In this document: positions 19,519-29,914 of the stretch, piece after piece | Layout: every line of letters starts with the position of its first letter | Numbering within the stretch: the first letter of the stretch is position 1 | Origin: Obrimoposthia wandeli | Lineage: Eukaryota | Direction: 5' to 3' | DNA length: 64,000 bases | Assembly (NCBI GenBank): GCA_977020255.1 | Contig: CDROCS010000666.1 | Location: forward strand, 248,001 to 312,000 | Position numbers and translations under genes: made by a program | The notes under the pieces: model-generated | Told to the model about the DNA's origin: nothing | The model's input: the letters and a program-made list of their open reading frames with translations, nothing else | The model's database searches: none

Positions 19519-20568
19519 TTATTTTACTAGGTGAGCTACTTCAGTTGCGGCCAGCATAAATGCCCCGGCGCCATAATCGATATTATGTTCAAACTTTACA
19601 TCGCGAGGATTAAAGGCGGGTAACTGTACCCAGCCAATCATGCCGTTATCGTGAATACAGCCTTGCAATGCTTGCCAAGCTTTTTCAACAACAGGTAAAT
19701 AAGTATCACGATCAAGCTGACCGTTATTAATTCCCCACGCTAAGCCATAACAGAATAATGACGTTGCGCTGCTTTCTGGGGCAGGGAAATTTTCAGGATC
19801 AAGTAAGCTTGTGCGCCAAAAACCATCTGCTTGCTGATACTGAATCACTTCACTAGCCAGATTATTAAACAGTTCAAGGTAACGGCTACGCTCGGAATAA
19901 TCCTCGGGCATACGTGCCATCAAGCGCGGAACTGATGCAAGTACCCAACCAATACCACGACTCCAAAATACTTTGTTGCCGTTAGTTTCACGCAGTTCAC
20001 TACCCGCACCATCTGGGATATAACGGTAATCGCGGTAAAACAAACCGGTTTCAGGATCAAGCAAGTGACCGACTGAATCCCAATATGCGGTATTCATATA
20101 CTCTAGATATTTCGCATCACCCGTTTGCTTTGACAGTGCGGCAAATGCAGGCGGGGCCATAAATAGTGAATCACACCACCACCAATCTTTACGCCCTAAT
20201 TCAGGGCTATCGATCATAATATCCAGCGCTTTGATCGTTGGCTCAAGTGCCTCAGGCTGATCCACAACAGGATACATATCAAGATAAGCCTGACAGCAGA
20301 TATGATCATCTGCAAACCGGGCATTGGGTCCCGCTCGGAAACCTGTATGCAAGGCGTAGTTCATTACACCTTCAAGATATTCATTATCATCGGTTGCCAG
20401 CCATGCCGCAGACGTACAAGACCAAAATACGCCGCGTTCCCAATCAGTGTCTTTGATAAAACGGGTTTTACCGCTTCGACGGATCACACTGCGAGTTTGG
20501 TTAGCTGCCTGATAACGATACACTCGCTTCATGGTATCGAGAATGTCTTGCTTCGTACCTAATGCCAT
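19519..20568 (-). CDS. Unsaturated glucuronyl hydrolase, GH105 (Glyco_hydro_88 clan), cytoplasmic
   Basis: ADDHICCQ, WWWCDSLFMAPP, GLFYRD, FWSRGIGW, GFWRTSLLD and ESSATSLF motifs; no signal peptide. Confidence 0.88.
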   Translation of the reverse strand: MALGTKQDILDTMKRVYRYQAANQTRSVIRRSGKTRFIKDTDWERGVFWSCTSAAWLATDDNEYLEGVMNYALHTGFRAGPNARFADDHICCQAYLDMYPVVDQPEALEPTIKALDIMIDSPELGRKDWWWCDSLFMAPPAFAALSKQTGDAKYLEYMNTAYWDSVGHLLDPETGLFYRDYRYIPDGAGSELRETNGNKVFWSRGIGWVLASVPRLMARMPEDYSERSRYLELFNNLASEVIQYQQADGFWRTSLLDPENFPAPESSATSLFCYGLAWGINNGQLDRDTYLPVVEKAWQALQGCIHDNGMIGWVQLPAFNPRDVKFEHNIDYGAGAFMLAATEVAHLVK

Positions 20569-20578
20569 TGTGTTCTCC

Positions 20579-21334
20579 TTAGCGTGCTAACCAACCACCA
20601 TCAACGGCAATCGTATAACCGTTAATGTAATCACTTGCCGACGAGGCTAGAAATACTGCAGGGCCTTCAAGATCTGAAGGCAAACCCCAACGGTTAGCAG
20701 GAATACGCTCAAGAATTGCAGCATTACGCGCTTCATCTGCACGCAGCGCTTCTGTGTTATCAGTTGCCATGTAGCCCGGTGCAATCGCATTAACGTTAAT
20801 ATTATGCTCTGCCAATTCAGTGGCAAGTGCTCGGGTCAAACCCATAACCGCAGATTTACTTGCAGTGTAAGAAGGAACGCGAATGCCACCTTGAAAGGAC
20901 AGCATTGATGCGATATTAATGATCTTACCGCCATTACCTTGCTTAACAAATTGCTTAGCAACAGATTGAGATAAGAAGAATAATGTTTTCTGATTAATGT
21001 TAATCACGTCGTCCCAGTTTTCTTCAGAGAATTCAAGGATATCTTCACGGCGAATAATGCCTGCGTTGTTGATCAGAATATCGACTTGGCCCATTACGTC
21101 TACCGCCTCAGCAACAATCGCTTCTAGCTTATCTTGTGCCATTAGATTGGTAGTAATGTAGTGAAATTTACGACCTAGAGCTTCAATCTGTGCCTGAGTT
21201 TCCGGTGCTGGCTGATGACCAATGCCCACAATGTTGGCACCCGCTTTTGCCAACCCTAACGCCATACCCTGGCCAAGCCCAGTATTACAACCAGTTACGA
21301 TGGCAACTTTTCCTGATAGATCAAATATATTCAT
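20579..21334 (-). CDS. kduD: 2-dehydro-3-deoxy-D-gluconate 5-dehydrogenase
   Basis: VTGCNTGLGQGMA, SFQGGIRVPSYTASKS and AVDGGWLAR. Confidence 0.96.
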   Translation of the reverse strand: MNIFDLSGKVAIVTGCNTGLGQGMALGLAKAGANIVGIGHQPAPETQAQIEALGRKFHYITTNLMAQDKLEAIVAEAVDVMGQVDILINNAGIIRREDILEFSEENWDDVININQKTLFFLSQSVAKQFVKQGNGGKIINIASMLSFQGGIRVPSYTASKSAVMGLTRALATELAEHNINVNAIAPGYMATDNTEALRADEARNAAILERIPANRWGLPSDLEGPAVFLASSASDYINGYTIAVDGGWLAR

Positions 21335-21433
21335 TTGGAATTCCTGATAACTTTTTAATGCGGCACGGCACGTTCAGTAATGCAAGGTGAATAGGCAACG
21401 TAGCCATACCGCTAGTAATAAATAAGGTGGGGA

Positions 21434-22264
21434 TTATTTAAGGTCACTCATCGCAACATGGTCCATATCATGGAACGTCTGGTTTTCACCGACCATGCTC
21501 CAGATAAAGGTATATGCGGCAGTACCAACACCAGAATGAATTGACCAACTTGGGCTGATCACTGCTTGCTCATTTCGCATAACGATATGACGGGTTTCCT
21601 GCGGTTCACCCATATAATGAAAAACGATATTGTCATCTTTCATATTGAAGTAGAGATACACTTCCATACGGCGCTCATGAGTATGGCAAGGCATGGTATT
21701 CCATAGGCTACCTGGTGCTAGCTCGGTCAGGCCCATTAGTAGCTGGCAGGTTGGCAAAACTGCTGGGTGTAAGTACTTATTAATAGTACGTACGTTACAA
21801 TTTTCTTGGCTGCCAAGTGTTTCTGGAGATGCATCTTCACGTGTGATTTTACGTGTTGGGTAAGTCATATGAGCAGGAGCACTATTTACATAGAAACGTG
21901 CTGGCTTTTCTGCTGAAACGCTTTCAAACTTAACTTCTTTCGTCCCCTTACCAACGTAAATCGCTTCACGGGTACCAATCTCAAACGTTTCGCCATCAAC
22001 GATAACTAAACCTGGTTCACCGATATTAATTGCACCTAGTTCACGGCGCTCAAGGAAGTAATCAACCCCAAGTTCTTTACCACCTTCAAGCATCAGCGCT
22101 TCAGTTGTAGGCACTGCACCACCAACAATAATCCGATCAATGTGGCTGTAAGCCAGATTGATTTGACCTGCCTGAAACATACCTTCAATCAAAAACTGTT
22201 CACGCAAACCAGCTGTATCAAGTTGCTTTGCATGCTCACTATGAATTGGTTGACGAATTTCCAT
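21434..22264 (-). CDS. kduI: 4-deoxy-L-threo-5-hexosulose-uronate ketol-isomerase
   Basis: [35 protein letters not shown] and SPSWSIHSG; AGAGG RBS before ATG 22264. Confidence 0.96.
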   Translation of the reverse strand: MEIRQPIHSEHAKQLDTAGLREQFLIEGMFQAGQINLAYSHIDRIIVGGAVPTTEALMLEGGKELGVDYFLERRELGAINIGEPGLVIVDGETFEIGTREAIYVGKGTKEVKFESVSAEKPARFYVNSAPAHMTYPTRKITREDASPETLGSQENCNVRTINKYLHPAVLPTCQLLMGLTELAPGSLWNTMPCHTHERRMEVYLYFNMKDDNIVFHYMGEPQETRHIVMRNEQAVISPSWSIHSGVGTAAYTFIWSMVGENQTFHDMDHVAMSDLK

Positions 22265-22315
22265 TTTAAAACCTCTTAACAATTTAATTTTCAAGACAAG
22301 ACAACGATTATTTTA

Positions 22316-23467
22316 TTACTCGGTGTGGTATGCCCATACACCGTTAATCAATGTGCCTTGCACTTGTAATGCTTCATTCATAACAGTAAGACTGGCTTCC
22401 ATTCCTTTAGCAATACTGCCAAGGCGATGAGCAAGTCCCAGATAATTAGCAGGAACAAACGATGCCATTTGCACCGCTTCCCATTCAGGTACGTGGCTTT
22501 CAAACACCATGTTGCGCAATGCCTGATCCAAGCTGCAGGTACTTCCTGCTAGCGAGCCACATGGGCTACGAGCTTCACCATTAGTCACCGTGATTGTTTG
22601 TGCACCAAGCTGATATTCACCATCGCTTAATCCACCCGCTCTCATACAATCAGTAATCAATGCAATCCCTTGATACCCTTTCATTCGATAAGCAAGCTGC
22701 ATCATAACGGGATTCACATGAATACCATCGGCAATGAGTTCCGCAAGCATATCGTGGTATAAAACAGCGCCACAACAGCCGGGCTCTCGGTGATGAAGCC
22801 CGCGCATACCATTAAACAAGTGCACACCACAATCGGCACCGCGGTTATGCGCTTCAGTCACTTGATCAAACGTTGCATCGGTATGCGCTACCGACGTTTT
22901 AATCCCGTTTTCTGTTAGCCAACTGATAGCTTCCATTGCACCATTTGCTTCTGGCGCAACAGCTGCACGAATTAGTGAACCCGAAGCTGCTTCTTTTAAT
23001 TGTTCTAACTCTTCAATCATCGGAGACTTCAAAAACGCAGGAGGATGAGAGCCTCGATGTGGTTCAGTAAAATACGGCCCCTCTAAAAAGCTGCCTAACA
23101 GCTCTGCGCCATGAGTTTGTTTCTTCTCAATGAACGTACGTACACTCGTTAATGCGTTTAAGATATCGTTCCAAGGTGCTGTTACCGTGGTGCCAACCCA
23201 ACCAACAACCCCCGTTTGCGGTAAGGCATTAGCTATGTTTTGCAATGCTTCATCAGTAGCATCCATCACATCTGCCCCTTGGCGACCATGAATATGGATA
23301 TCAATAAAGCCTGGTAACAATGATTGACCTTCAAGACGGATCACATCACAGTCTGTCGGTATAGTGGCAGTAACTGCTTCGATCTTGCCGTTGGCAATTA
23401 CAACTGCCGTATCAATCACGATTCCTTCAGGTGTAAATACTCGATCTGCAAGTAAGGCATAACGCAT
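22316..23467 (-). CDS. agaA: N-acetylgalactosamine-6-phosphate deacetylase (AgaA/NagA family)
   Basis: PGFIDIHIHG, LEGPYF, HLFNGM and LAGST motifs within the aga operon. Confidence 0.92.
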   Translation of the reverse strand: MRYALLADRVFTPEGIVIDTAVVIANGKIEAVTATIPTDCDVIRLEGQSLLPGFIDIHIHGRQGADVMDATDEALQNIANALPQTGVVGWVGTTVTAPWNDILNALTSVRTFIEKKQTHGAELLGSFLEGPYFTEPHRGSHPPAFLKSPMIEELEQLKEAASGSLIRAAVAPEANGAMEAISWLTENGIKTSVAHTDATFDQVTEAHNRGADCGVHLFNGMRGLHHREPGCCGAVLYHDMLAELIADGIHVNPVMMQLAYRMKGYQGIALITDCMRAGGLSDGEYQLGAQTITVTNGEARSPCGSLAGSTCSLDQALRNMVFESHVPEWEAVQMASFVPANYLGLAHRLGSIAKGMEASLTVMNEALQVQGTLINGVWAYHTE

Positions 23468-23469
23468 AT

Positions 23470-23913
23470 TTATAGTCCGTCTTCACATTCAGCAACTGGC
23501 TCTAATTCCATCACCGCTTCTAATTCTTTACGCATGTCTTGCATACAAGAAGCACCAATTTCCAACAGTGTCTCAACTAACTCTTGTAAACTAACGTCTT
23601 CACGTTCGAATGCTGCATTGGCAATCATTGGCAAATTTGCCCCTGCAATCAGTTCGATATTTTGCATATCCATCATGATCGCCAATGCACGATTACACGG
23701 TGATCCCCCTGGAATATCAGTCAAAAACAACACACCTTCACCAGAATCTGCTAACAGTGCAGCCTGACGAAGTTTGGCTTCCAATTCATCCGTCGACATA
23801 GATTCCACAAAATCAATGAATTCCATTTGCTTTTGTTCGCCCGCAATCGCTTTAACGGCTGATTGCATACCAGATGCGAAATGAATATGACCTGAAACAA
23901 CAATACCAATCAT
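23470..23913 (-). CDS. agaF: Mannose-family PTS EIIA
   Basis: SGHIHFASGM (phospho-His), LTDIPGGSPCN and GANLPM. Confidence 0.9.
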   Translation of the reverse strand: MIGIVVSGHIHFASGMQSAVKAIAGEQKQMEFIDFVESMSTDELEAKLRQAALLADSGEGVLFLTDIPGGSPCNRALAIMMDMQNIELIAGANLPMIANAAFEREDVSLQELVETLLEIGASCMQDMRKELEAVMELEPVAECEDGL

Positions 23914-23971
23914 CTAAAAATCCTTGATATGGGGGGAATAACTCCCCCCTGATATATCGAAATGTGATTAC

Positions 23972-24865
23972 TTAAAGAATACCCAAGAAATGGCCCACAA
24001 CACCTGCAGCCAAGGTTGCGAAGATTAGAACCGGAGGCTTAGCCCAGAACCCTGTACCTTTAACCATTTTGAGCATAAAGAACACTAAGGCTAAAGGCAG
24101 TAGGTTAGGCATGATCTTATCGAATAAGGCGGTTTGTAATTCAACCGTCGCCCCTCCCATCTCTAACGATGCGGTCGTCTGAACCCGTATAAAGGTGGCG
24201 GACAAAGCTCCGATAACAAAAATACCCATGATATTGGCGGCTTTCGCCAGCTTCTCGGTAGTATCACTCATGCTCACCATGGCAGCGGTACCCGCTTTAT
24301 ATCCCATGAACATCAAGCCAAAATAGGCTAAGAAGTGAGCTATTTGATACAAAAAGAAGAAAACAAACGGACCCGCAATAGACCCTTCAAGTGCAATTGA
24401 TGCACCCAGCGCTAAGGTCAATGGCATTAACGTCATGTGATCAAGAGCATCACCAATCCCGCCTGTTGGTCCCATACCTGCAACCTTCATAACATTCACT
24501 GTTGAAGGTTTTTCTTTGTTCTCTTCCATTGCTACTGCTGTACCCAGTAAGAAAGTGAACAATTTAGGGCTAGCATTAAAGAACTGCAGATGGTTTTTTA
24601 ATGATTTTGCAAAATCATGTTTATTATCACCGTGAATTTTCTTCAGTGCTGGAATAATGGAATAAGCAAAACCACCAGCCTGCATACGTTCAAAGTTAAA
24701 GTTACCTTCCATAAACAGACCGCGTAGTGCACACATCCACAGGTCTTTCTTCGTGATTACTTTTCGCTTTGTTTTATCTTCATATGCATCAACATCATCA
24801 ATTAAATTTTCATAAGTTTTGGTGTTTTTATCGGCTAGCGTGCCAACTGTAATATCAGATGCCAT
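23972..24865 (-). CDS. agaE: Mannose-family PTS EIID
   Basis: NFNFERMQAGGF, HLQFFN and GPTGGIGD; start moved to ATG 24865, overlapping the EIIC stop. Confidence 0.9.
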   Translation of the reverse strand: MASDITVGTLADKNTKTYENLIDDVDAYEDKTKRKVITKKDLWMCALRGLFMEGNFNFERMQAGGFAYSIIPALKKIHGDNKHDFAKSLKNHLQFFNASPKLFTFLLGTAVAMEENKEKPSTVNVMKVAGMGPTGGIGDALDHMTLMPLTLALGASIALEGSIAGPFVFFFLYQIAHFLAYFGLMFMGYKAGTAAMVSMSDTTEKLAKAANIMGIFVIGALSATFIRVQTTASLEMGGATVELQTALFDKIMPNLLPLALVFFMLKMVKGTGFWAKPPVLIFATLAAGVVGHFLGIL

Positions 24866-25619
24866 CTTCGAATTCCTTATCTTGATTATTTGAATTACCG
24901 TTACCACTGAAGAAGAAGAACAATGCAGCAGCTGATGCACCTAAAATTGCAACCGCCATAATTGGCAACTGTAGATATGTTGTCATGACGAAACCAATGA
25001 AGAACACACCCGCCACTTCTTTCGACCACATAATTTTAAGTAGCATTGCAAAACCAATCGCAGGTACCATCTTCGCGCCAATGCCTAGCCCCTCAAGTAA
25101 TACTTTCGGCGCATTTTCATCAATCCACGTTGCCGCATGTTCGCCAAAGTACACCGTGATAAATGCTACAACAGAATAGAGAAGCGCTCGTAAACCAAGG
25201 GTTGTTATTAAGAGGCGGTCAATACCATCAGAATCACCTTGCTCAGCATATTTATCTGCCTTACCCATAGTGAATGACGTAACAGCAAAGAAGCCAATCA
25301 CAAGCATTTGCATAAGTACAGCGATAGGCATACCAACACCCATTGCAACTTCAGCTGTTTGCCCTGTCATCACTGCAAAAGCAACCGCAGCAATCGTACC
25401 CAACGTTACATCTGGTGGCTGAGCACCGGCGTTAGGCACTAAGCCCAACCAAGCAAGTTCAAGTGTTGCACCGGCAATCAAACCAATTTGCATATCACCC
25501 ATGATCAGACCAACAACTGGTCCAGTAATTAACGGACGGTGGATATTCAATGCGACATCGTATTTATCGATACCACAGAAGAACGCCCATACCGCGACAA
25601 GCATCGCTTCAAAAAACAT
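24855..25619 (-). CDS. agaW: Mannose-family PTS EIIC
   Basis: HRPLITGPVVGLIMGD, GATLEL, GAQPPD and PAIGFAMLL. Confidence 0.9.
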   Translation of the reverse strand: MFFEAMLVAVWAFFCGIDKYDVALNIHRPLITGPVVGLIMGDMQIGLIAGATLELAWLGLVPNAGAQPPDVTLGTIAAVAFAVMTGQTAEVAMGVGMPIAVLMQMLVIGFFAVTSFTMGKADKYAEQGDSDGIDRLLITTLGLRALLYSVVAFITVYFGEHAATWIDENAPKVLLEGLGIGAKMVPAIGFAMLLKIMWSKEVAGVFFIGFVMTTYLQLPIMAVAILGASAAALFFFFSGNGNSNNQDKEFEDGI

Positions 25620-25654
25620 AACTTATTCCTTTATCTATGATTTATTGATTGGCT

Positions 25655-26155
25655 TTATGCATTTTTAATTGCAAGTTCAAGCACATTGATAGGCTTCTGA
25701 TCCGGTGTGTTTTGTACCGTACACGTCACGCCTCGCTCAACCATACGTTCAAATGCATTCAAATCGTTATCATCAACAGATACCGTTTTCGCTATCTGCC
25801 GTTTACCTTCGTGAAAGTGCATATTGCCAACATTACAGTGAGTAATTGACACACCACCTTCAACAAGGCGCGCAACATCTGTTGGGTTGTTACACAGAAT
25901 AAAAATATTCTGTTTTGGCGATGCTTTATGGATCACATCAATTGTTTTCTGAATAGAAAAAAAGCGTACAGCATATTCGCCACCGGCTGATGCTTTCATT
26001 CCTGCCTGCATAAAGGCGGCATTTGGTCCTTCTGCGGCATCATCATTAGCCACTAAAATAAGGTTTGCTTCGGTGTGTTTACCCCAAGTAATACGAATTT
26101 GACCATGTAAAAGACGCTCATCAATACGTGTCCAAACAATATTAGGTGCAGTCAT
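25655..26155 (-). CDS. agaV: Mannose-family PTS EIIB
   Basis: RIDERLLHGQ (phospho-His) and NVGNMHF. Confidence 0.92.
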   Translation of the reverse strand: MTAPNIVWTRIDERLLHGQIRITWGKHTEANLILVANDDAAEGPNAAFMQAGMKASAGGEYAVRFFSIQKTIDVIHKASPKQNIFILCNNPTDVARLVEGGVSITHCNVGNMHFHEGKRQIAKTVSVDDNDLNAFERMVERGVTCTVQNTPDQKPINVLELAIKNA

Positions 26156-26180
26156 AAGAGTTCTACCTTTTTGTCATTTT

Positions 26181-27344
26181 CTAATTATTTAAGTTATGAA
26201 TAGTGACACCTTGAACCACACGGTTTACTTCACCAGTTGGGCAAGGGTTATCAGGTGTATTGCCTAACGTAATGGCGCGATGAAACGCATACGTTTGAGC
26301 GAAAATCATATAGGGAAATAACAGTTCAACATCAGTTGCTGAATCCATATCAGGTACCAGATAGTAATCACCATTGGCCACTAACTCATCTTTCTGAGCC
26401 GTAATAGCAATCACTTTTTTAGCTGTATTATCACGTCGAAGTTCACTAAGAAGATCGAGGTCATATTGGCGGGTATAAGGGTCATTAGAAATGAAAACGA
26501 CAATCATCGTTTCACTATCAACAATAGATTTTGGTCCGTGACGAAAGCCTAGTGGGGAATCAAAACATGCCACAACTTTACCAGCAGTTAACTCTAGTAA
26601 TTTTAATGCTGATTCCTGAGCCAAGCCCTGCAGACCTCCGCTTCCTAAGTAAATAACACGCTGAATAGTATCCTTTGCAATACTACTGATATTTCTATTA
26701 ATTTCTTGGACTAGCGCCTCAGAACACTTACAAAATCTTTCGATTTCTTTCGTGTAATCGTTACCAGAGGTAATAACTGAAAAAGCGGCTAACATCATTG
26801 ATGAGAAACTTGACGTCATCGCAAAGGATTTGTCATTTGTTTCTTCTGGCATTAACAATGCGAATGATTTGTTATCATTCACAGCGTTTTTATATAATTG
26901 CCCTTCCCCATTACACGTCAGCATAAGGTGAAAACAATTTGTAAGGCACTGATTAGCGAGCTCTACTGCTGCTACACTTTCAGGGCTATTACCAGAGCGA
27001 GCAAAAGACACTAATAGCGTTGGCAGATCTTCCGCAAAAAATTGAGAAGGATTTGAGACTAAATCAGTAGAAGCAATGGCTTCAACTCGTAAACCCGTTT
27101 TCTTTGATAACGCTGGTGCTAATGCACTACCCGCAAAAGCCGATGTTCCCGCGCCAGTCAGCACAATCCGTAAATTAGGCAGTGCTAGTACATTGCTCAT
27201 GAATGCATTAATTGCAGGTTGACACTCTTGTATAATGGCGTGAGTTTTACGCCAGCAAGATGGTTGCTGCTCAATCTCTTTTGCCGTCCAGAATGCATTA
27301 AGCCGTTTAAGTTCAGGCTCGGAATAGCCAAGATATTGGTTCAT
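26181..27344 (-). CDS. agaS: Galactosamine-6-phosphate deaminase/isomerase AgaS (SIS domains)
   Basis: EIEQQP, GAGTSAF, FARSGNSPES, FAMTSSFS, LGFRHGPKS and VNRVVQGV. Confidence 0.94.
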   Translation of the reverse strand: MNQYLGYSEPELKRLNAFWTAKEIEQQPSCWRKTHAIIQECQPAINAFMSNVLALPNLRIVLTGAGTSAFAGSALAPALSKKTGLRVEAIASTDLVSNPSQFFAEDLPTLLVSFARSGNSPESVAAVELANQCLTNCFHLMLTCNGEGQLYKNAVNDNKSFALLMPEETNDKSFAMTSSFSSMMLAAFSVITSGNDYTKEIERFCKCSEALVQEINRNISSIAKDTIQRVIYLGSGGLQGLAQESALKLLELTAGKVVACFDSPLGFRHGPKSIVDSETMIVVFISNDPYTRQYDLDLLSELRRDNTAKKVIAITAQKDELVANGDYYLVPDMDSATDVELLFPYMIFAQTYAFHRAITLGNTPDNPCPTGEVNRVVQGVTIHNLNN

Positions 27345-27354
27345 GTATTACCTC

Positions 27355-28641
27355 TTAATCTTTATTTAGTTTGCATGCCTTCGCGTAGCTGCGAAGTACC
27401 TGACGAATCTTTTCAAGAACCAATGTTTTTGGATCTGCGCTTATTTGTCCTTCACGCACTGCATGAAATTGCTCGGGAAGATATTGGCTCAATAATGGAA
27501 GTGGTATACCGGCACGCGTTAGGTTGTCGAACAACTTACTTTGTGCTGCATGGATATTTTGATCAGGCCAGTAGTAACGAATGCGGTCACTAAAGCTATA
27601 ACAGCGAGCAAAACGCTGCTGTGACTCATTACCCTGATAATATTTATTCCAATATTCAGGAGCATCACACATTTGTTTTTCTATATGTTCTTTCAAGTTT
27701 GAACAGTATGCTTTAGGCACTATTTCAGCTTCGATATCACATAGATTAAAGAGCGCTTCGCGCATAGCAAAGGTAAGTGCGGGACCGACTTTCAAAATAG
27801 CAAAATGATCATCAACCAGCGCTTTATACGCTTTGTCGGTTTGATAGTCGGTTGAGTGCGCTTCAAAAATAAGGTGATCGTGGTGATTAATCACGTTACT
27901 TAATGCTTGGGCTTTTTCTGAGCAGTAGTCGATAACACCTGTGTGATCAAATTCAACACCAGGTTGTACAACAAGACCTATAACCCGAGACCAGCAACTT
28001 GAAACACCGACTTTTTCAAATGCTTCTTTGTGGCTACGAATTGTTTCGTTTGCAGCCTCGGCTGACGTTACTTCAAGTTCAGCCAATTCTTCAGCGGCAC
28101 CACCAGGTACTGGAACTTCAGTACCGATGACATAGACCAGATCGCTGGCACCAAAGACATTAATCGCAGTATTTTCAGCAATCTTAGCTAAACGGGCAGC
28201 ACGCTCTGCGACAATCGCATCAGATAATGGGATTGGATCCCCTAAACAAGACATACTGCAATCGAGGTGAATTTTCTTAAAACCTGCCGCAACATATGCA
28301 TTAATCAAGACATCTGCATTATTCATCGCTTCTTCAGCAGCAAGATGCTGCCAACGATTAGGACCAAGGTGATCGCCACCAAGAATGAGGTTTTCAGTTG
28401 GAAAGTGAAGCGCTTCCGCTTGTTCTAAAACAAAATTACGAAAATCAACAGGTGTCATACCTGTATAACCACCAAATTGATCCACTTGGTTGGAGGTAGC
28501 TTCAATTAATAATAAAGAATCATCGCTTAGCGCCTGAGTAAGCGCCGCCTCAATAACTAACGGATGAGCAGAGCAGGCAGAATAAATGCCATTTTTATCG
28601 CCTGCTTTATGGCGCTGAACGAGATTTAGAAGGGTGTTCAT
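27355..28641 (-). CDS. kbaZ: KbaZ/GatZ-family protein
   Basis: [49 protein letters not shown] and [11 protein letters not shown]. Confidence 0.94.
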   Translation of the reverse strand: MNTLLNLVQRHKAGDKNGIYSACSAHPLVIEAALTQALSDDSLLLIEATSNQVDQFGGYTGMTPVDFRNFVLEQAEALHFPTENLILGGDHLGPNRWQHLAAEEAMNNADVLINAYVAAGFKKIHLDCSMSCLGDPIPLSDAIVAERAARLAKIAENTAINVFGASDLVYVIGTEVPVPGGAAEELAELEVTSAEAANETIRSHKEAFEKVGVSSCWSRVIGLVVQPGVEFDHTGVIDYCSEKAQALSNVINHHDHLIFEAHSTDYQTDKAYKALVDDHFAILKVGPALTFAMREALFNLCDIEAEIVPKAYCSNLKEHIEKQMCDAPEYWNKYYQGNESQQRFARCYSFSDRIRYYWPDQNIHAAQSKLFDNLTRAGIPLPLLSQYLPEQFHAVREGQISADPKTLVLEKIRQVLRSYAKACKLNKD

Positions 28642-28689
28642 TTACTAACTCCATAGTCAACATCTAAGATGCGGCGATGGAGTTAGCGA

Positions 28690-29466
28690 TTAATTTCCTT
28701 TTTCGACAATAATAACGTCAACTTTCATTTCACGAAGACCCTGTAAATAGTCTTCAGGAATATCAGAATCTGTTACCAAGATATCAATATTTCCAAACTC
28801 TCGAATCATGTGACAGCTACGTTTACCAAATTTGGTAGAATCGACAACTGCAATAACCTGTTCAGAAATTTCACACATCAAGCGATTGAGGCTTGCCTCT
28901 TGTTCACTGTGTGTGGTGATACCTGCTCGCAAATCAAAACCGTCTACACCTAAAAATACCTTATCAAATCGGTAATTTTTTAAGCTGCTTTCAGCTTGCG
29001 AGCCTGAAAAAGAAAGTGCACCTTTACGAAGTACACCGCCAGACATCAAAACCTCAATTCCAGGTGCTGATGCCAACTCCATTGCTACATCTAGACCGTT
29101 GGTCATTACCACTACATCATCTAGTGCTTTCAAACTAGACGCGATTTCTCGCGTTGTAGTACCCGAATCCAGAATAACCGTGTCACCACTTTCAATCAGT
29201 TTCGCTGCCGCCTGACCAATAAGAGATTTAATGCCGGCATTTTGACGGCGTTTCTCATGAACAGTCAGCTCTGCTATTACCCCAGAATTCGGAATTGCCG
29301 CACCGTGTGAACGAACCACATAGCCATTTTTTTCCAGAAAACTAAGGTCACTGCGAATAGTGACACTAGAGACATTAAATTGTGCAGCAAGATCCTCAAC
29401 ACGAGCTTTACCATCACGGTTAACTAGGTTAACGATTTCCATACGTCTTTCGACAGCACTTTTCAC
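28690..29466 (-). CDS. agaR: DeoR-family repressor AgaR
   Basis: ERR..I...V, VS.VTIRSDL..LE, ILDSGTTT and FLGVDGFDL..GITTH; heads the aga operon. Confidence 0.93.
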   Translation of the reverse strand: MKSAVERRMEIVNLVNRDGKARVEDLAAQFNVSSVTIRSDLSFLEKNGYVVRSHGAAIPNSGVIAELTVHEKRRQNAGIKSLIGQAAAKLIESGDTVILDSGTTTREIASSLKALDDVVVMTNGLDVAMELASAPGIEVLMSGGVLRKGALSFSGSQAESSLKNYRFDKVFLGVDGFDLRAGITTHSEQEASLNRLMCEISEQVIAVVDSTKFGKRSCHMIREFGNIDILVTDSDIPEDYLQGLREMKVDVIIVEKGN

Positions 29467-29500
29467 TTTACTTTGTCTCCTTACGAAACCAGCAAAATCT

Positions 29501-29792
29501 CTTTCGCTTGATTTCGAATACAGCTTACACCTAAAAACGAAAGCAACAATGCGTAAAATGAAAACTTTTGATCTCTTTCACATTCTTTCGCATTCTTGCA
29601 CTTACACTTGCGTACATTTACGCATTTGATGACATCATAACCTTCGAAAGACCCATTGCCAAACGTAAACACCGTTAATGCGGCATACCTTTCACTTTTC
29701 AATCGTACAACCTTTCATCTACCTTTCGTAAAAAGCACTATTTCACTTTCGATTTCTTTTCTGTGATCAAATACACAGTCAATACTCTTTCG
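29501..29792. promoter_or_regulatory. Probable AgaR operator cluster between agaR and the Tat sulfatase
   Basis: CTTTCG at 29501, 29585, 29723, 29746 and 29787; CGAAAG at 29538 and 29645. CRP-like TGTGA-TCAAAT-ACACA at 29763. Confidence 0.7.
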
Positions 29793-29914
29793 ATAACTTA
29801 CGATTCGCAATAAATCGTAAGCACAAGAGCAGAAATTAATAACTAAAACAATAAGTGAAAGTTTTTTGCTTTCACTTGTTTTTATCCAATACATTTCACG
29901 TTCAGGAGTTGAAC

